From an uncultured Clostridia bacterium (GTDB lineage: Bacteria; Bacillota; Clostridia; Christensenellales; CAG-917): a stretch of DNA of 64,000 nucleotides. The DNA lies in NCBI GenBank assembly GCA_937885645.1, contig CALABJ010000017.1, positions 107,641 to 171,640 on the forward strand, given 5' to 3'. Made by a program: the position numbers and the translations under genes. Of this stretch, positions 9,676 through 19,616 are shown one piece after another; positions within the stretch are counted from its first letter, which is position 1; each line of letters opens with the position of its first letter. The notes under the pieces are model-generated. The model saw only the letters and a list, made by a program, of their open reading frames with translations. It was not told where the DNA came from and searched no databases.

Positions 9676-10656
9676 CTAGAAACCAAGTTTTTCTCTGACT
9701 TTTGCATTGATTTCTTCTGCAACGTCAGCGTTGTTTCTAAGATATTCAAGGACTCTTTCTCTGCCTTGACCGATCTTTTCGTCATTGTAGCTGAACCAAC
9801 TGCCACTCTTTTGGATGATGCCCTTTTCAACTGCAACGTCAACCATACAGCCAAGTGCTGAAATGCCTGTGCCGTAAAGGATGTCAAATTCTGCAACTTT
9901 GAAAGGAGGTGCAACTTTGTTTTTGACGATCTTTGCCTTGACGTGGTTGCCAACGATTTCGGTGCCGTCCTTGAGGGCGTCTGTCTTGCGGATGTCAATG
10001 CGAACTGATGCGTAGAATTTCAGTGCCTTGCCGCCTGTTGTCACTTCGGGGTTTCCGTACATGACGCCAACCTTTTCACGAAGTTGGTTGATGAAGATGA
10101 TGGTGCACTTTGACTTTGATGCAACTGCGGTCAGTTTGCGCAGTGCTTGTGACATAAGTCTTGCTTGAAGACCAACGTGGCTGTCACCCATTTCGCCGTC
10201 GATTTCTGCTTGAGGAGTGAGGGCTGCAACTGAGTCAACGACTACGATGTCGATTGCCCCACTTCTCACAAGAGTTTCGAGGATTTCAAGGGCTTGCTCA
10301 CCACTGTCGGGTTGTGAGATGTAGAGGTCTTCAATTTGAACACCAAGTTTTGATGCGTACATAGGATCAAGGGCGTGCTCTGCATCGATGAATGCTGCTG
10401 TGCCACCTTTCTTTTGCACTTCTGCAACAGCGTGGAGTGCCACCGTGGTTTTGCCTGATGATTCAGGGCCGTAGATTTCCACAATTCTGCCTACGGGAAA
10501 ACCGCCGATGCCAAGAGCGCTGTCAAGGGTGAGGCAACCTGAGGACACGGCTTCAACTTGTTGCACCATTTCGCCGTCCATCTTCATGATTGAACCTTTG
10601 CCATATTTCTTTTCGATTGCCGCGAGGGCAAGTTCGAGATTGGTTTTTTCTGCCAT
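9676..10656 (-). CDS. recA: Recombinase RecA
   Basis: 326 aa, GPESSGKTT Walker A and other typical RecA sequence. AAGGAG Shine-Dalgarno present. Confidence 0.97.
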   Translation of the reverse strand: MAEKTNLELALAAIEKKYGKGSIMKMDGEMVQQVEAVSSGCLTLDSALGIGGFPVGRIVEIYGPESSGKTTVALHAVAEVQKKGGTAAFIDAEHALDPMYASKLGVQIEDLYISQPDSGEQALEILETLVRSGAIDIVVVDSVAALTPQAEIDGEMGDSHVGLQARLMSQALRKLTAVASKSKCTIIFINQLREKVGVMYGNPEVTTGGKALKFYASVRIDIRKTDALKDGTEIVGNHVKAKIVKNKVAPPFKVAEFDILYGTGISALGCMVDVAVEKGIIQKSGSWFSYNDEKIGQGRERVLEYLRNNADVAEEINAKVREKLGF

Positions 10657-10689
10657 TAGAGTTCTCCTTTTATCTATATTTTCACCGAC

Positions 10690-11427
10690 TTACAAGAGCA
10701 AAATGTCACCGCGTAAGTATCTTACGAGATAGAATAATGCCAAGTTTGCCGTTGCGTTTCTTATTTGATTTCTGTCGCCAGAAAGTCGTCTTTCAAAGGT
10801 GGTGATAAACTCTCCTCCACCTACGCCGATATACACAAGCCCGACGGGCTTGCCTTCGTCCCCTGTTGGACCTGCAAGGCCTGTTGTGGCAAGGCCGATG
10901 TCCACTTTGGGGCTAAGAAGACCTTTCACCATCATGTGAGCGGTCTCTTTTGACACGGTGCCGTATTCCCCTATAAATGCACGAGGAATATTCAACCTGT
11001 CCATTTTGGAGTGGCGGTTGTAGCACACTATGCCCTCATAAAAGTTTTCACTGATGCCTGCAACTGAGGTGAGGCGGGAGCATATCTCCCCTCCTGTCAA
11101 ACTCTCTGCCACTGCAAGCACCTTTTTGTTGCGTTTGAGAAGTTTTGCTGCAAGGACGTGAAGTTCAACGTCCTCCGTTGCGTACACTTGCTCGTTGAAG
11201 CAGTTATACACATAAGACTTGACCATTTCAAAACTTTCTCTTGTGCCCGCTGAAGTCATTGTAATCTTTGCGTCAAGACAATTTTCCTCTACGTCAAAGG
11301 TGACTCCCATGCCGAGATAATCACTGAGTTTGAGACGTATTGTGGCCATATCTAGCCCGCAAATTTTGACAACTTCTTGTATCATTGCTTGTTCTTTTGT
11401 GTAGATTTTATTTTTTTGATTTAACAA
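10690..11427 (-). CDS. cinA: CinA-family protein (PncC-type nicotinamide-nucleotide amidase domain; no MoCF-like N-terminal domain)
   Basis: LAVAESLTGGEICSRLTSVAGIS...GLVYIG motif. Only 245 aa. Sits in the pgsA-cinA-recA order. Confidence 0.85.
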   Translation of the reverse strand: MLNQKNKIYTKEQAMIQEVVKICGLDMATIRLKLSDYLGMGVTFDVEENCLDAKITMTSAGTRESFEMVKSYVYNCFNEQVYATEDVELHVLAAKLLKRNKKVLAVAESLTGGEICSRLTSVAGISENFYEGIVCYNRHSKMDRLNIPRAFIGEYGTVSKETAHMMVKGLLSPKVDIGLATTGLAGPTGDEGKPVGLVYIGVGGGEFITTFERRLSGDRNQIRNATANLALFYLVRYLRGDILLL

Positions 11428-11440
11428 GTTAAATCACTTA

Positions 11441-12082
11441 TTATGCTTTTGCTTCTTCGGTGGCTTCCTCGACTTCTTCCTTTTTGGGCTCGTCAACAAG
11501 GACTGATTTGTTCTTCAAAATATAGTTGAGCCCTGACACAACTGTCATCACTGCACCTGCATAATAGACGATTGTGCCCATCCAGCCGATGACTTCGTGG
11601 ACGCCTGCCATGATGAGGAAAGCAAGGGATATGTCAAGAAGCACTGTCTTCACTTTGCCGTAGATGTCCGCCGCCAAAACAAGACCTTTCTTGGCTGCGA
11701 TTGAGCGGAATGCGCCAACGATAAGTTCTCTTGACAAAATCAGTCCGCCACAAAGGGATATGACAAGGGTGTTGTAGGGGAAAACCTCAAGCCCTGCCCT
11801 GTGTGCTATCACAAGGAAAAGCATGATGACCACAACCACTTTGTCTGCAATCGGGTCAAGGAATTTGCCAAGGTCACTGACTGTGCCTGTCTTTCTTGCA
11901 ATGTGTCCGTCAACAAAGTCTGTTGCGCAGAGCACGATGAAGAGGAAACATGCCACTGTCATAAGTGCAACGTATGCTGCATAGTTTGCGCTGAAAACCA
12001 TACCCAAAACGTACACGATGACGGTGGGGATGATGAGGAATATTCTTGCTATCGTGATTTTTGTCGCTAACGTTATTTTCAT
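11441..12082 (-). CDS. pgsA: CDP-diacylglycerol--glycerol-3-phosphate 3-phosphatidyltransferase
   Basis: CDP-alcohol phosphatidyltransferase motif DFVDGHIARK...GKFLDPIADK in a polytopic protein. Confidence 0.9.
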   Translation of the reverse strand: MKITLATKITIARIFLIIPTVIVYVLGMVFSANYAAYVALMTVACFLFIVLCATDFVDGHIARKTGTVSDLGKFLDPIADKVVVVIMLFLVIAHRAGLEVFPYNTLVISLCGGLILSRELIVGAFRSIAAKKGLVLAADIYGKVKTVLLDISLAFLIMAGVHEVIGWMGTIVYYAGAVMTVVSGLNYILKNKSVLVDEPKKEEVEEATEEAKA

Positions 12083-13383
12083 AATACCTTCCCGACAAGG
12101 TCAATGCCGTCGACACCGGTGATTTCCACGTCATAGAATTCACCTATGTGGACTTCCTTGTCTGCTGTAAAGTAAACTACGTTGTCAATGTCAGGGGTTT
12201 GGAAACCTGCTCTGCCCAAAAACAACTGCTTGTCATAGTCAATTTCATCGTAGATGACCTTGACCGTCTTGCCAATCAACTGTTGATTGCGATTGTTGAT
12301 GACTTCAGTTTGAATTGCTCTAAGTCTTTCTGCTCTTGCCACTTTGATTTCATCGTCAAGGTGGTCGGTGAGTCTGTCTGCAGGTGTGCCCTCTTCTCTT
12401 GAGTAGGCAAAGAATCCTGCATAGTCAATGTTGCCTTCGCGGATGAATTCCACCAGTTTTTCGTGGGCTTCTTCACTTTCACCAGGGAATCCGCAGATGA
12501 ATGATGAGCGGAGGGTGATGCCCTTTTCTCTCATCTTCTTTATCAGTGCGCGGGTGTAGTCTTCTCCTGCCCGTCTGCCCATACGTTTCAAGGTGTCTCC
12601 GTCAATGTGTTGGAGGGGTACGTCTGCGTATTTTGCCACTTTGGGGTTTGTGACAATCATATCAATTATGCTGTCGTCAATGGCTTCAGGCTCAAGATAC
12701 AGCAAGCGGATAAGGTCAAAGTCCATTTGACTCAGCGCGTCAACCAACTCTACAAGGTGGGATTTGCCGTCAAAGTCAACGCCGTATCTGGTGACGTCTT
12801 GCGCCACCAAAATAAGCTCCTTGACTCCTTCCTTTTCAAGCCCTTTTGCTTCAAGAAGCAAATCTTCCATCTTTTCAGAGCGGTATTTGCCTCTTATTGA
12901 GGGGATTGCGCAGTATGTACAATGGTTGTTGCAACCGTCTGCGATTTTGAGATAGGCGTAGTGATAAGGTGTGGTCAACACTCGTCCGCTGTAAAACTCA
13001 TCACCACATGCGCCGCCAAAGATTTTGTCGCCTTTTGTGATTTTCTCCACGGTGTCGAGGATGTTGTCGTAGTCGGCTATTCCCAAAAATGCGTCCACTT
13101 CGGGGAATTCCTTTTCAAGGGTTTCCATATATCTTTGAGGAAGGCAACCTGTGACGATTATCTTCTTCTTTTTTGAGTGCTTTTTGTGGCCTACTGCAAA
13201 CAAAATCTCGTCTATTGCTTCGCTTTTTGCATCATCAGTAAATGCGCAAGTGTTGACAATGATGACGTCTGCGTCTTCTTCATTGCCAACAAGGGTGTGT
13301 CCGCCACTTACAAGGCGGGCAAGCATCTTTTCAGTGTCCACTCGGTTTTTGTCACAGCCAAGTGATATTGCGCCAATTTTCAT
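12079..13383 (-). CDS. rimO: Ribosomal protein S12 methylthiotransferase RimO
   Basis: 434 aa with an MTTase N-domain (SLGCDKNRVD), radical-SAM motif CNNHCTYCAIP, and a TRAM-like C-terminus. Confidence 0.9.
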   Translation of the reverse strand: MKIGAISLGCDKNRVDTEKMLARLVSGGHTLVGNEEDADVIIVNTCAFTDDAKSEAIDEILFAVGHKKHSKKKKIIVTGCLPQRYMETLEKEFPEVDAFLGIADYDNILDTVEKITKGDKIFGGACGDEFYSGRVLTTPYHYAYLKIADGCNNHCTYCAIPSIRGKYRSEKMEDLLLEAKGLEKEGVKELILVAQDVTRYGVDFDGKSHLVELVDALSQMDFDLIRLLYLEPEAIDDSIIDMIVTNPKVAKYADVPLQHIDGDTLKRMGRRAGEDYTRALIKKMREKGITLRSSFICGFPGESEEAHEKLVEFIREGNIDYAGFFAYSREEGTPADRLTDHLDDEIKVARAERLRAIQTEVINNRNQQLIGKTVKVIYDEIDYDKQLFLGRAGFQTPDIDNVVYFTADKEVHIGEFYDVEITGVDGIDLVGKVL

Positions 13384-13392
13384 ATTGTACCT

Positions 13393-16300
13393 TTATTCTT
13401 CTTCGTCGTTTGAATTGACAAGCTCTTCATACTCCTCGTCTGTCAAGTTGACGCGAGAGCGTTTGGGGTCTTTGTCATCGGGCACAAGAATGCCCATTTC
13501 TTTCATGGTATCAAAGATACGTGCTGCCTTTTGGAAGCCAAGACCCAGTCTTCTTTGGAGATATGAGATTGAGATGGGCTCTGCCATGCCTATCTTCATT
13601 GCGTCAAAGAGTTCGGGAGGCAATCCCTTTTGCTTGCGCTTGTCTGCCTTGCCCTCTTCCTTTTCGGGAGTGTCGCTTTCTTCCTTGAAGATTTGCTCCT
13701 TGACACTGGGGTCATAGGTGGCAACGTTGTTCTTTTTGATGAATTCTACAACCGCTTCAATTTCCTTGCTGTCCACAAATGAGCCTTGCATACGGACAGG
13801 AAGAGGTGTTTTTGCGGTCATATACAGCATATCGCCATAGCCGAGGAGTTTTTCTGCTCCGCCTGCGTCAAGGATTGTACGGCTGTCAGGACCTGCGGTG
13901 ACACGGAATGCAATACGTGTGGGCAGGTTGTTTTTGATTGTACCGCTGATGACGTCAACTGAAGGACGTTGGGTTGCCAAAATAAGGTGTATGCCAACTG
14001 CACGAGCAAGACGTGCAATGCGGTTGATTGCATCTTCAACTGCTCTCTTGCCAAGGGACATAAGGTCCGCAAGTTCGTCAACCACAACCACGATTCGAGG
14101 CATCTTTTCATTGCCACTCTTTGCGCAGTCCGCGTTGTAGTCGTCAATGTTTCTATACTTGTTGGCTTCAAGGAACAGAATGCGTCTGTTCATTTCAGTG
14201 ATTGCCCAGTTGAGGGCGCGGATTGCCTTGTCAACGTCACAGATGATTTCATCAAGCATCAAGTGAGGAAGTCCAGCATAGTCCGTCATTTCAACACGTT
14301 TGGGGTCAATGAGGATGAATCTCACGTCCTCGGGGCTTGCCTTGTACAGCAAACTGATGAGGAGCGTGTTGATGCACACACTCTTGCCTGCGCCGGTTGC
14401 GCCTGCAACCAACATGTGAGGCAGGTCTTTTATGTCGCCTACGTGGACTTGGTTGTAAAGGTCAACGCCAAGTGCGAAGGTTGACGGTGAATTTGAGGCA
14501 TTGAATTTGGGTGAATTGAGGATTTCACTGAGGCGCACCATACGTTTTTTCTTGTTGGGCACTTCAATGCCAACTGCGTTTTTGCCGGGGATAGGTGCGA
14601 TGACGCGGACACTTTCCTCTTCCATACGCATTGCAATGTCGTTTTCATAGGACACGATGCTGCTGACCGACTTGCCTCTGGGCATATTGACAGACAAGGT
14701 GTACAGTGAGAAGGTGGGGCCAACCTCAATGTTGGTCACTTCTGCCTCAATGCCAAAGAAGTTGAGGGTGGACACAAGGGCTTCCTTCTTTGCTTCGTAG
14801 TCCTCGTTTTGGTCAACTTCAGGTGCAGGAGGCTTCAAAAGACTCATAGGAGGTGCAACGTAAGGCTTTTTGGGAGTGGCTTGATAGATGGATTGGTCGA
14901 TGGTGACTTGTGCCACTCTTTCCTTTGAGGTGTCAATGGATTCCATCTTCTTGACCTTGTTTTCCATAGCCTTGGTTGAAGGCTCTTTGGGGAGAGATAT
15001 CTTGCGCTTTTCTCTTGCCCTTTCCTTTTCAATTTCAATTTGAGCGCGCTCTGCTCTTGACAGCGCAGGGGCTTCCTTTCTTGCCTTTGCAATTGAGTCT
15101 GCTTGTTGCTTTGCAAGGAAGGAGGTTTGATACATCGTGCCTTCATCGTCAAGGGATTTATCTTCAACGCCCACTGCTCCAACCACGTGTTGGTTGGTGG
15201 GTTGGGTGGACATACGCTCTTCAAGGGGCTTGCCACTTTGCTCGGCAAAAATCCTACGCCAGTCGGGCTCTAATGTGGGAGTCTTTTCCTCAACAGGCTT
15301 GCTCTCCACAGGCTTGGTGGTTGCAGGCTTGCTGGGCGCAGGTTGCACAGGTGCAGGCGTGGGCATAATACGTATAGGTGCGGGGGCGGGCTCAACAGGC
15401 GCAGGTTGCACGGGTGCAGGCTCGCTTACGCGCACGTTTGTGATTTCATTATTTTCAGGCTGAACAGGAGTCTCTGCCCTCTTTTCCATAAAGGATTGAC
15501 GGGCGCGTCTTGCTCTTTCTTCCTCAACAGGGTCAACAACAGGAGTTGCAGGATAGACCATCTTTGATTCGGCAGGAGCAACAAACTCTGCGGGGAGGAC
15601 TGTGCCTTCATAGGCTTCTGCTTCAACCTCGTCCTTGTAGACAGGGGTCTCCACCTTCTTTTCACCGGTGATTGCACGGACAACGTCCCCTTGCAGACCT
15701 GCCATTGTGCTTGCTTTGTCAAGTTGACGTGCCTTGGGCAGTTCGGGCTTTTGAACAACCTTTGTAGGACGGACAACTTCAAGTTTTTCAACCTCGCCTT
15801 GCACAGGGTTTGCGGTCTGTTGCTTGTTGTATGCAACGGCGTCAAATTGAGGTTTGACCTCTCTCTCCTCCATTGCTCTTGCGCCGAATAGACGGAGTTG
15901 ATCCTTTTTGAGGTCTTCAAATGATGAATAGCCAAGAGGGCCACTCTCGTCCTTCTTCACGGAGTTGCGGAGGGCTTCCATATCAAGAGTGTCCGCCTTC
16001 TTCTCTTCCTTGACAGGCTCGGGGATAGGCTCGGGCTTGACCTCTTCACGAGGAATCATATACGACTCGGCGGTTGAGGTGCTGTCAATGCCAAGACGAT
16101 TGCGCATTTCCATACGTCTTGTTGCGCTATATGATGCGCCGGGACGTGAAAATGCAGTTTCGGGATTTTTGATTGTGTTGAAACGCTCTAAGCTGTCACC
16201 ATAGGAATCTCTGCCAAAGAGAATATCTCTTGCAAGACCTCTTGATGAATATTTGTCAGGGATACTCCTGCGCTCTTCATCTTCAACCGCTCCTGCTCCG

Positions 16301-16986
16301 TTGGGATAGAGGGGGTTGAATGCGGTGTTGTCACTGAGCCAATCTTCGTCGTTTTCTGCAAGATACAGCTCTTCAGTGGGTGCTGAGGCTTCCTTTTCAA
16401 GCTTTCTTTCCTTACGTGACTTGCGCTCCTTGACAGGCTTTTCTGCCTTGACCTTTCTTTCCTTGGCAACGTAAACAACGTTCTTTTTGATGACGGGATA
16501 AAAACCGAAAAATGCCACCACGAAAAATGCTACGCAAGTGACAACCAGCGCGCCAACTGTGGTGATGGCTTTCATCATAGGAAATGCGGTAAGGCCGTAA
16601 AGCATACCGCCTGCGGTGTTGGTGTTGTTGTAGCAAAGGGCGAGATATTGACTGTAGTTTTTGTCAATGACGTAGGGGCTTGATGTCCAAATTTGAAGGG
16701 CAAGCACCGCTAGGGCAAACAGCACTGCGAAAAATGCAACCTTACTTAGGCGCATACGAAGGCGGAAATTGAACATAATGGCAAAGCCGACTATGACACC
16801 TACAATGCAGTAGGCATAGTCCGCAAGGCCAAAAAAGCCAATGGTGAAGCGGGACACCGCTGCCCCAACTGAGCCAAATGCTCCTAGGTCACAAATAAAA
16901 CAAAAGACAGAGGCAAGGACAATGAGAATGCCTAGCCCGATTTTGTATCCTGTATTCGCTCTGACGTGTCTGGTGTTTGATTGCAT
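13393..16986 (-). CDS. ftsK: DNA translocase FtsK/SpoIIIE, unusually long at 1197 aa
   Basis: N-terminal TM helices, a roughly 570-aa charged and Pro-rich linker, a motor domain (LVAGATGAGKSV, VVVVDELADLM) and a C-terminal winged-helix gamma-like domain. Confidence 0.95.
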   Translation of the reverse strand: MQSNTRHVRANTGYKIGLGILIVLASVFCFICDLGAFGSVGAAVSRFTIGFFGLADYAYCIVGVIVGFAIMFNFRLRMRLSKVAFFAVLFALAVLALQIWTSSPYVIDKNYSQYLALCYNNTNTAGGMLYGLTAFPMMKAITTVGALVVTCVAFFVVAFFGFYPVIKKNVVYVAKERKVKAEKPVKERKSRKERKLEKEASAPTEELYLAENDEDWLSDNTAFNPLYPNGAGAVEDEERRSIPDKYSSRGLARDILFGRDSYGDSLERFNTIKNPETAFSRPGASYSATRRMEMRNRLGIDSTSTAESYMIPREEVKPEPIPEPVKEEKKADTLDMEALRNSVKKDESGPLGYSSFEDLKKDQLRLFGARAMEEREVKPQFDAVAYNKQQTANPVQGEVEKLEVVRPTKVVQKPELPKARQLDKASTMAGLQGDVVRAITGEKKVETPVYKDEVEAEAYEGTVLPAEFVAPAESKMVYPATPVVDPVEEERARRARQSFMEKRAETPVQPENNEITNVRVSEPAPVQPAPVEPAPAPIRIMPTPAPVQPAPSKPATTKPVESKPVEEKTPTLEPDWRRIFAEQSGKPLEERMSTQPTNQHVVGAVGVEDKSLDDEGTMYQTSFLAKQQADSIAKARKEAPALSRAERAQIEIEKERAREKRKISLPKEPSTKAMENKVKKMESIDTSKERVAQVTIDQSIYQATPKKPYVAPPMSLLKPPAPEVDQNEDYEAKKEALVSTLNFFGIEAEVTNIEVGPTFSLYTLSVNMPRGKSVSSIVSYENDIAMRMEEESVRVIAPIPGKNAVGIEVPNKKKRMVRLSEILNSPKFNASNSPSTFALGVDLYNQVHVGDIKDLPHMLVAGATGAGKSVCINTLLISLLYKASPEDVRFILIDPKRVEMTDYAGLPHLMLDEIICDVDKAIRALNWAITEMNRRILFLEANKYRNIDDYNADCAKSGNEKMPRIVVVVDELADLMSLGKRAVEDAINRIARLARAVGIHLILATQRPSVDVISGTIKNNLPTRIAFRVTAGPDSRTILDAGGAEKLLGYGDMLYMTAKTPLPVRMQGSFVDSKEIEAVVEFIKKNNVATYDPSVKEQIFKEESDTPEKEEGKADKRKQKGLPPELFDAMKIGMAEPISISYLQRRLGLGFQKAARIFDTMKEMGILVPDDKDPKRSRVNLTDEEYEELVNSNDEEE

Positions 16987-17015
16987 AGTTTCGCCCTATA
17001 TATATTCTTCTAAAA

Positions 17016-17044
17016 ATTATAACATAGTATAACTAGAATTTCAA
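17016..17044 (-). promoter_or_regulatory. Sigma-A promoter of ftsK
   Basis: TTGAAA, 17 nt, TATAAT about 30 nt upstream of the ATG. Confidence 0.7.
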
Positions 17045-17073
17045 CAAGTTTTTGAAAACAAAATCACATTTTT

Positions 17074-17105
17074 TGAAAAATAAAAAAGCACCAAGAGGTG
17101 CTTTT
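17074..17105 (-). terminator. M16 peptidase terminator
   Basis: AAGCACC-TCTT-GGTGCTT stem followed by a T-run. Confidence 0.7.
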
Positions 17106-17135
17106 CTTTTTGCGGTTTTTTGCCGTTTGCCTCTA

Positions 17136-18389
17136 TTATTTCAAGAAATCAAGGGCGTTTTCGGGGGGATTTCCAGACACGATTGACAGGGTCACTTTGT
17201 CAAAATTGAAGACGTATTTTGCCACTTCGTTTATCTTTTCTATGGTGGCAGAATCGTAGAATTCCAGCATTCTATCCGTGTCGTATAGTTCACCTGTGAT
17301 GGATGCGTATCTGCCAAATGCACGCATCATTGCGCTTGTTGATTCCTGTCCTAAAACAAGAGAGGTCTTCAGTTGCTCCTTGCCCTTTTTCAACTCCTCT
17401 TCGGTGATGCCCTTTTCTACAAGAAGGTCGATTTCCTTTTTGATTGCACGGAGGGCGGACTCGGTGTTTTCGGGGCTTGTTGCGGTGTAAATGATGTATG
17501 CTCCGTTCTTTTCATAGGCAGATGATGAGCCGGAGATTGTATAGCAAAGCCCAAGTTTTTCACGTATGCTTTGGAAAAGCCTTGATGACATTTCGGCTGC
17601 GAAAACTGCGTTCATAAGATTGAGGGTGTAAAGACCTTCATCACCAAATCCGTATGAGGGGAATGCGATTGCTATGTGGGCTTGTGAAATATCTTTCTTT
17701 ACACCGTTGTACACTGCTGTGGTGTTGTGGGCGGTGTGGACTCTTGAGGACTGAGTTTTGGTCAGTTTGCTTTCAAGATATTTGTTGACAAGATTGACAC
17801 AAGTGCTTTCATCAACGTTGCCTGCAAATGCCACCACTGTGTTGTCGGGGGTGTATCTGCGCTTCATATAGTCGAAGAGGTCTTCCCTATTAAGTTTTGA
17901 AAGGGCTTCCTTATATCCCAAAATAGGCTTGCCGAGGGGGTGTCCTTCATAGCGAGAATTCATCAGCGTTTCAAGGCAGACGTCATCAGGCATATCGTCA
18001 CTTTCGTTGATTTCCTCAAAGATAACCTTCCTTTCGCTTTCAAGGTCGGCAGGGTCAAATTTGGGGTTGAGATACATATCAGTCAGCACCTCAAAGCACT
18101 TCTCCACGTGGGTGTCAAGAGAAGTTGTATAGAAACAGGTGTGGCTCTTTGTGGTGTAGGCGTTGATGAGTGCGCCGATGCTGTCCGTTTCGTTGGCAAT
18201 GTCAAAGGCACTTCTTGTGGCTGTGCCCTTGAAAACCATATGCTCAATGAAGTGAGAGATGCCTGCCTCACGAGAGGTTTCATACTCGGTGCCTGCGTTG
18301 ACAAATATGCCGATTGAAACACTGCGAACTGCGGTGTTGGGCACAAGCACCACTTTAAGTCCGCTGTCAAAGGTGATGATTTTTCTCAT
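17136..18389 (-). CDS. M16-family zinc peptidase (pitrilysin-like)
   Basis: HxxEH zinc motif HFIEHMVFKGT. The start is set at ATG 18389 because the mapped promoter (18430-18458) lies downstream of the track start at 18461. Confidence 0.88.
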   Translation of the reverse strand: MRKIITFDSGLKVVLVPNTAVRSVSIGIFVNAGTEYETSREAGISHFIEHMVFKGTATRSAFDIANETDSIGALINAYTTKSHTCFYTTSLDTHVEKCFEVLTDMYLNPKFDPADLESERKVIFEEINESDDMPDDVCLETLMNSRYEGHPLGKPILGYKEALSKLNREDLFDYMKRRYTPDNTVVAFAGNVDESTCVNLVNKYLESKLTKTQSSRVHTAHNTTAVYNGVKKDISQAHIAIAFPSYGFGDEGLYTLNLMNAVFAAEMSSRLFQSIREKLGLCYTISGSSSAYEKNGAYIIYTATSPENTESALRAIKKEIDLLVEKGITEEELKKGKEQLKTSLVLGQESTSAMMRAFGRYASITGELYDTDRMLEFYDSATIEKINEVAKYVFNFDKVTLSIVSGNPPENALDFLK

Positions 18390-18429
18390 ATAGTCCGTCC
18401 TTGCCTGCAGGTGCAGGAAATATATGGTT

Positions 18430-18458
18430 ATTATAACACATAACCCCCGCTCCGTAAA
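18430..18458 (-). promoter_or_regulatory. Sigma-A promoter of the M16 peptidase gene
   Basis: TTTACG, 17 nt, TATAAT. Confidence 0.65.
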
Positions 18459-18471
18459 CATATTTTAGAAT

Positions 18472-19203
18472 ATGAAATTCAACTGGAAAAAATCTAAGGT
18501 CTTCACCGCTGTTTCAAACGTGGTCATCATTGCCGTGCTTGTCAGCACTTTCGCAGTCACACTGTGGGCGGTTGCACCAAAAGAAACAACCGCTGAACCC
18601 ACCTCTGCAATCTACGTTGGAGATGAAAATTCGGGAAGTGTTGCACTTATGTTCAACGTGTATGAAGACGCAGAAACGGCACTTAAAATAGCGGAATTGC
18701 TTGTTGAACACGGATTTCGTGCAACTTTCTTTGTTGGAGGCAAATGGGTTGAAAGGAACGGGACTGCCCTCATACGGCTCTACAATATGGGTATGGAGAT
18801 AGGCAATCACGGTTATCTTCATCGTGACCATAGCACCCTCAATTACGATAAAAATCTGGATGAAATCACCCTTGCAGAAAGGCTCATTGATGCCAATCTC
18901 AAAGACTTTCCAGACTACAAAAACAGCAAACTTTTTGCCCCTCCCTCAGGGGCTGTGGGCAAGGATATGTTCACTGCCTGCGAAAGCCTAAATTACAAAG
19001 TCATTATGTGGACGAGGGATACCATCGACTGGCGCGACCAGGACAAAGATCTCATCTTCGCCCGCGCGACAAAAGATATAAAGGCTGGTGACCTTGTGCT
19101 TATGCACCCCACAGAAGCCACCCTCTCTGCCCTACCCCAAATCCTTGAATATATAAAAAGTGTCGGCCTCAAAGCCGACACCGTGACCAACGTCCTTGGA
19201 TAA
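18472..19203 (+). CDS. Polysaccharide deacetylase (NodB-homology) family protein with an N-terminal TM anchor
   Basis: 243 aa, ...FFVGGKWVERN...GNHGYLHRDHS...MWTRDTIDW...LMHP, which is the NodB-domain pattern. Confidence 0.8.
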   Translation: MKFNWKKSKVFTAVSNVVIIAVLVSTFAVTLWAVAPKETTAEPTSAIYVGDENSGSVALMFNVYEDAETALKIAELLVEHGFRATFFVGGKWVERNGTALIRLYNMGMEIGNHGYLHRDHSTLNYDKNLDEITLAERLIDANLKDFPDYKNSKLFAPPSGAVGKDMFTACESLNYKVIMWTRDTIDWRDQDKDLIFARATKDIKAGDLVLMHPTEATLSALPQILEYIKSVGLKADTVTNVLG

Positions 19204-19207
19204 AAAG

Positions 19208-19229
19208 AGGCGTGGCAATCGCCACGCCT
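19208..19229 (-). terminator. Hairpin between the convergent deacetylase and zinc-ribbon genes
   Basis: AGGCGTGGC-AATC-GCCACGCCT. A T-run follows on the minus strand only. Confidence 0.6.
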
Positions 19230-19248
19230 AACCGTTGTTCATTGACAT

Positions 19249-19548
19249 TCACACGGCTGTGCCTATAAGCGCAAACACTGCCACCATGTAAATTATCACT
19301 GCAACGACCTCAAGAATAAAGCCAATCAATGCGCCCTTTCCTGCACTCTTTGCTTTCAAAGGGGTTTTGTCCTTCCACACGCAATAAAGAATAAGACCAA
19401 TCAAAGGAAAGAAAAATCCTAAAACACCAAAACCGGGACTCTTTTTGTCCTCTTCTTGATAAGGCGCTGACTCTACTCTACATCCACAGTGAATGCAAAC
19501 CACTGCTTCTTCATTGATTTCTTTTCCGCATTTACTACAATATTTCAT
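19249..19548 (-). CDS. Zinc-ribbon domain membrane protein
   Basis: MKYCSKCGKEI...CIHCGC (CxxC...CxxC) followed by two hydrophobic helices. 99 aa. Confidence 0.7.
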   Translation of the reverse strand: MKYCSKCGKEINEEAVVCIHCGCRVESAPYQEEDKKSPGFGVLGFFFPLIGLILYCVWKDKTPLKAKSAGKGALIGFILEVVAVIIYMVAVFALIGTAV

Positions 19549-19569
19549 AGTTGCCTCCCTCGTATATTT

Positions 19570-19586
19570 TACAGCGATTTGCTGTA
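19570..19586. promoter_or_regulatory. Palindromic operator-like site O1 (TACAGC-N5-GCTGTA)
   Basis: Perfect 6+6 inverted repeat. On the minus strand it abuts a TAAAAT box for the zinc-ribbon gene. Confidence 0.6.
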
Positions 19587-19597
19587 TAACTACATAT

Positions 19598-19614
19598 TAC
19601 AGCACTGTGCTGTA
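19598..19614. promoter_or_regulatory. Palindromic operator-like site O2 (TACAGC-N5-GCTGTA)
   Basis: Second perfect copy, 28 nt centre to centre from O1. It overlaps the TATAAT box (19613-19618) of the XRE gene. Confidence 0.6.
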
Positions 19615-19616
19615 TA

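Noticed and set aside
15330-15430. Nucleotide repeats inside ftsK considered as a possible mobile or repeat element
   Set aside because: They are in frame and encode the PAPVQPAP low-complexity linker, so they are coding repeats rather than an independent element.
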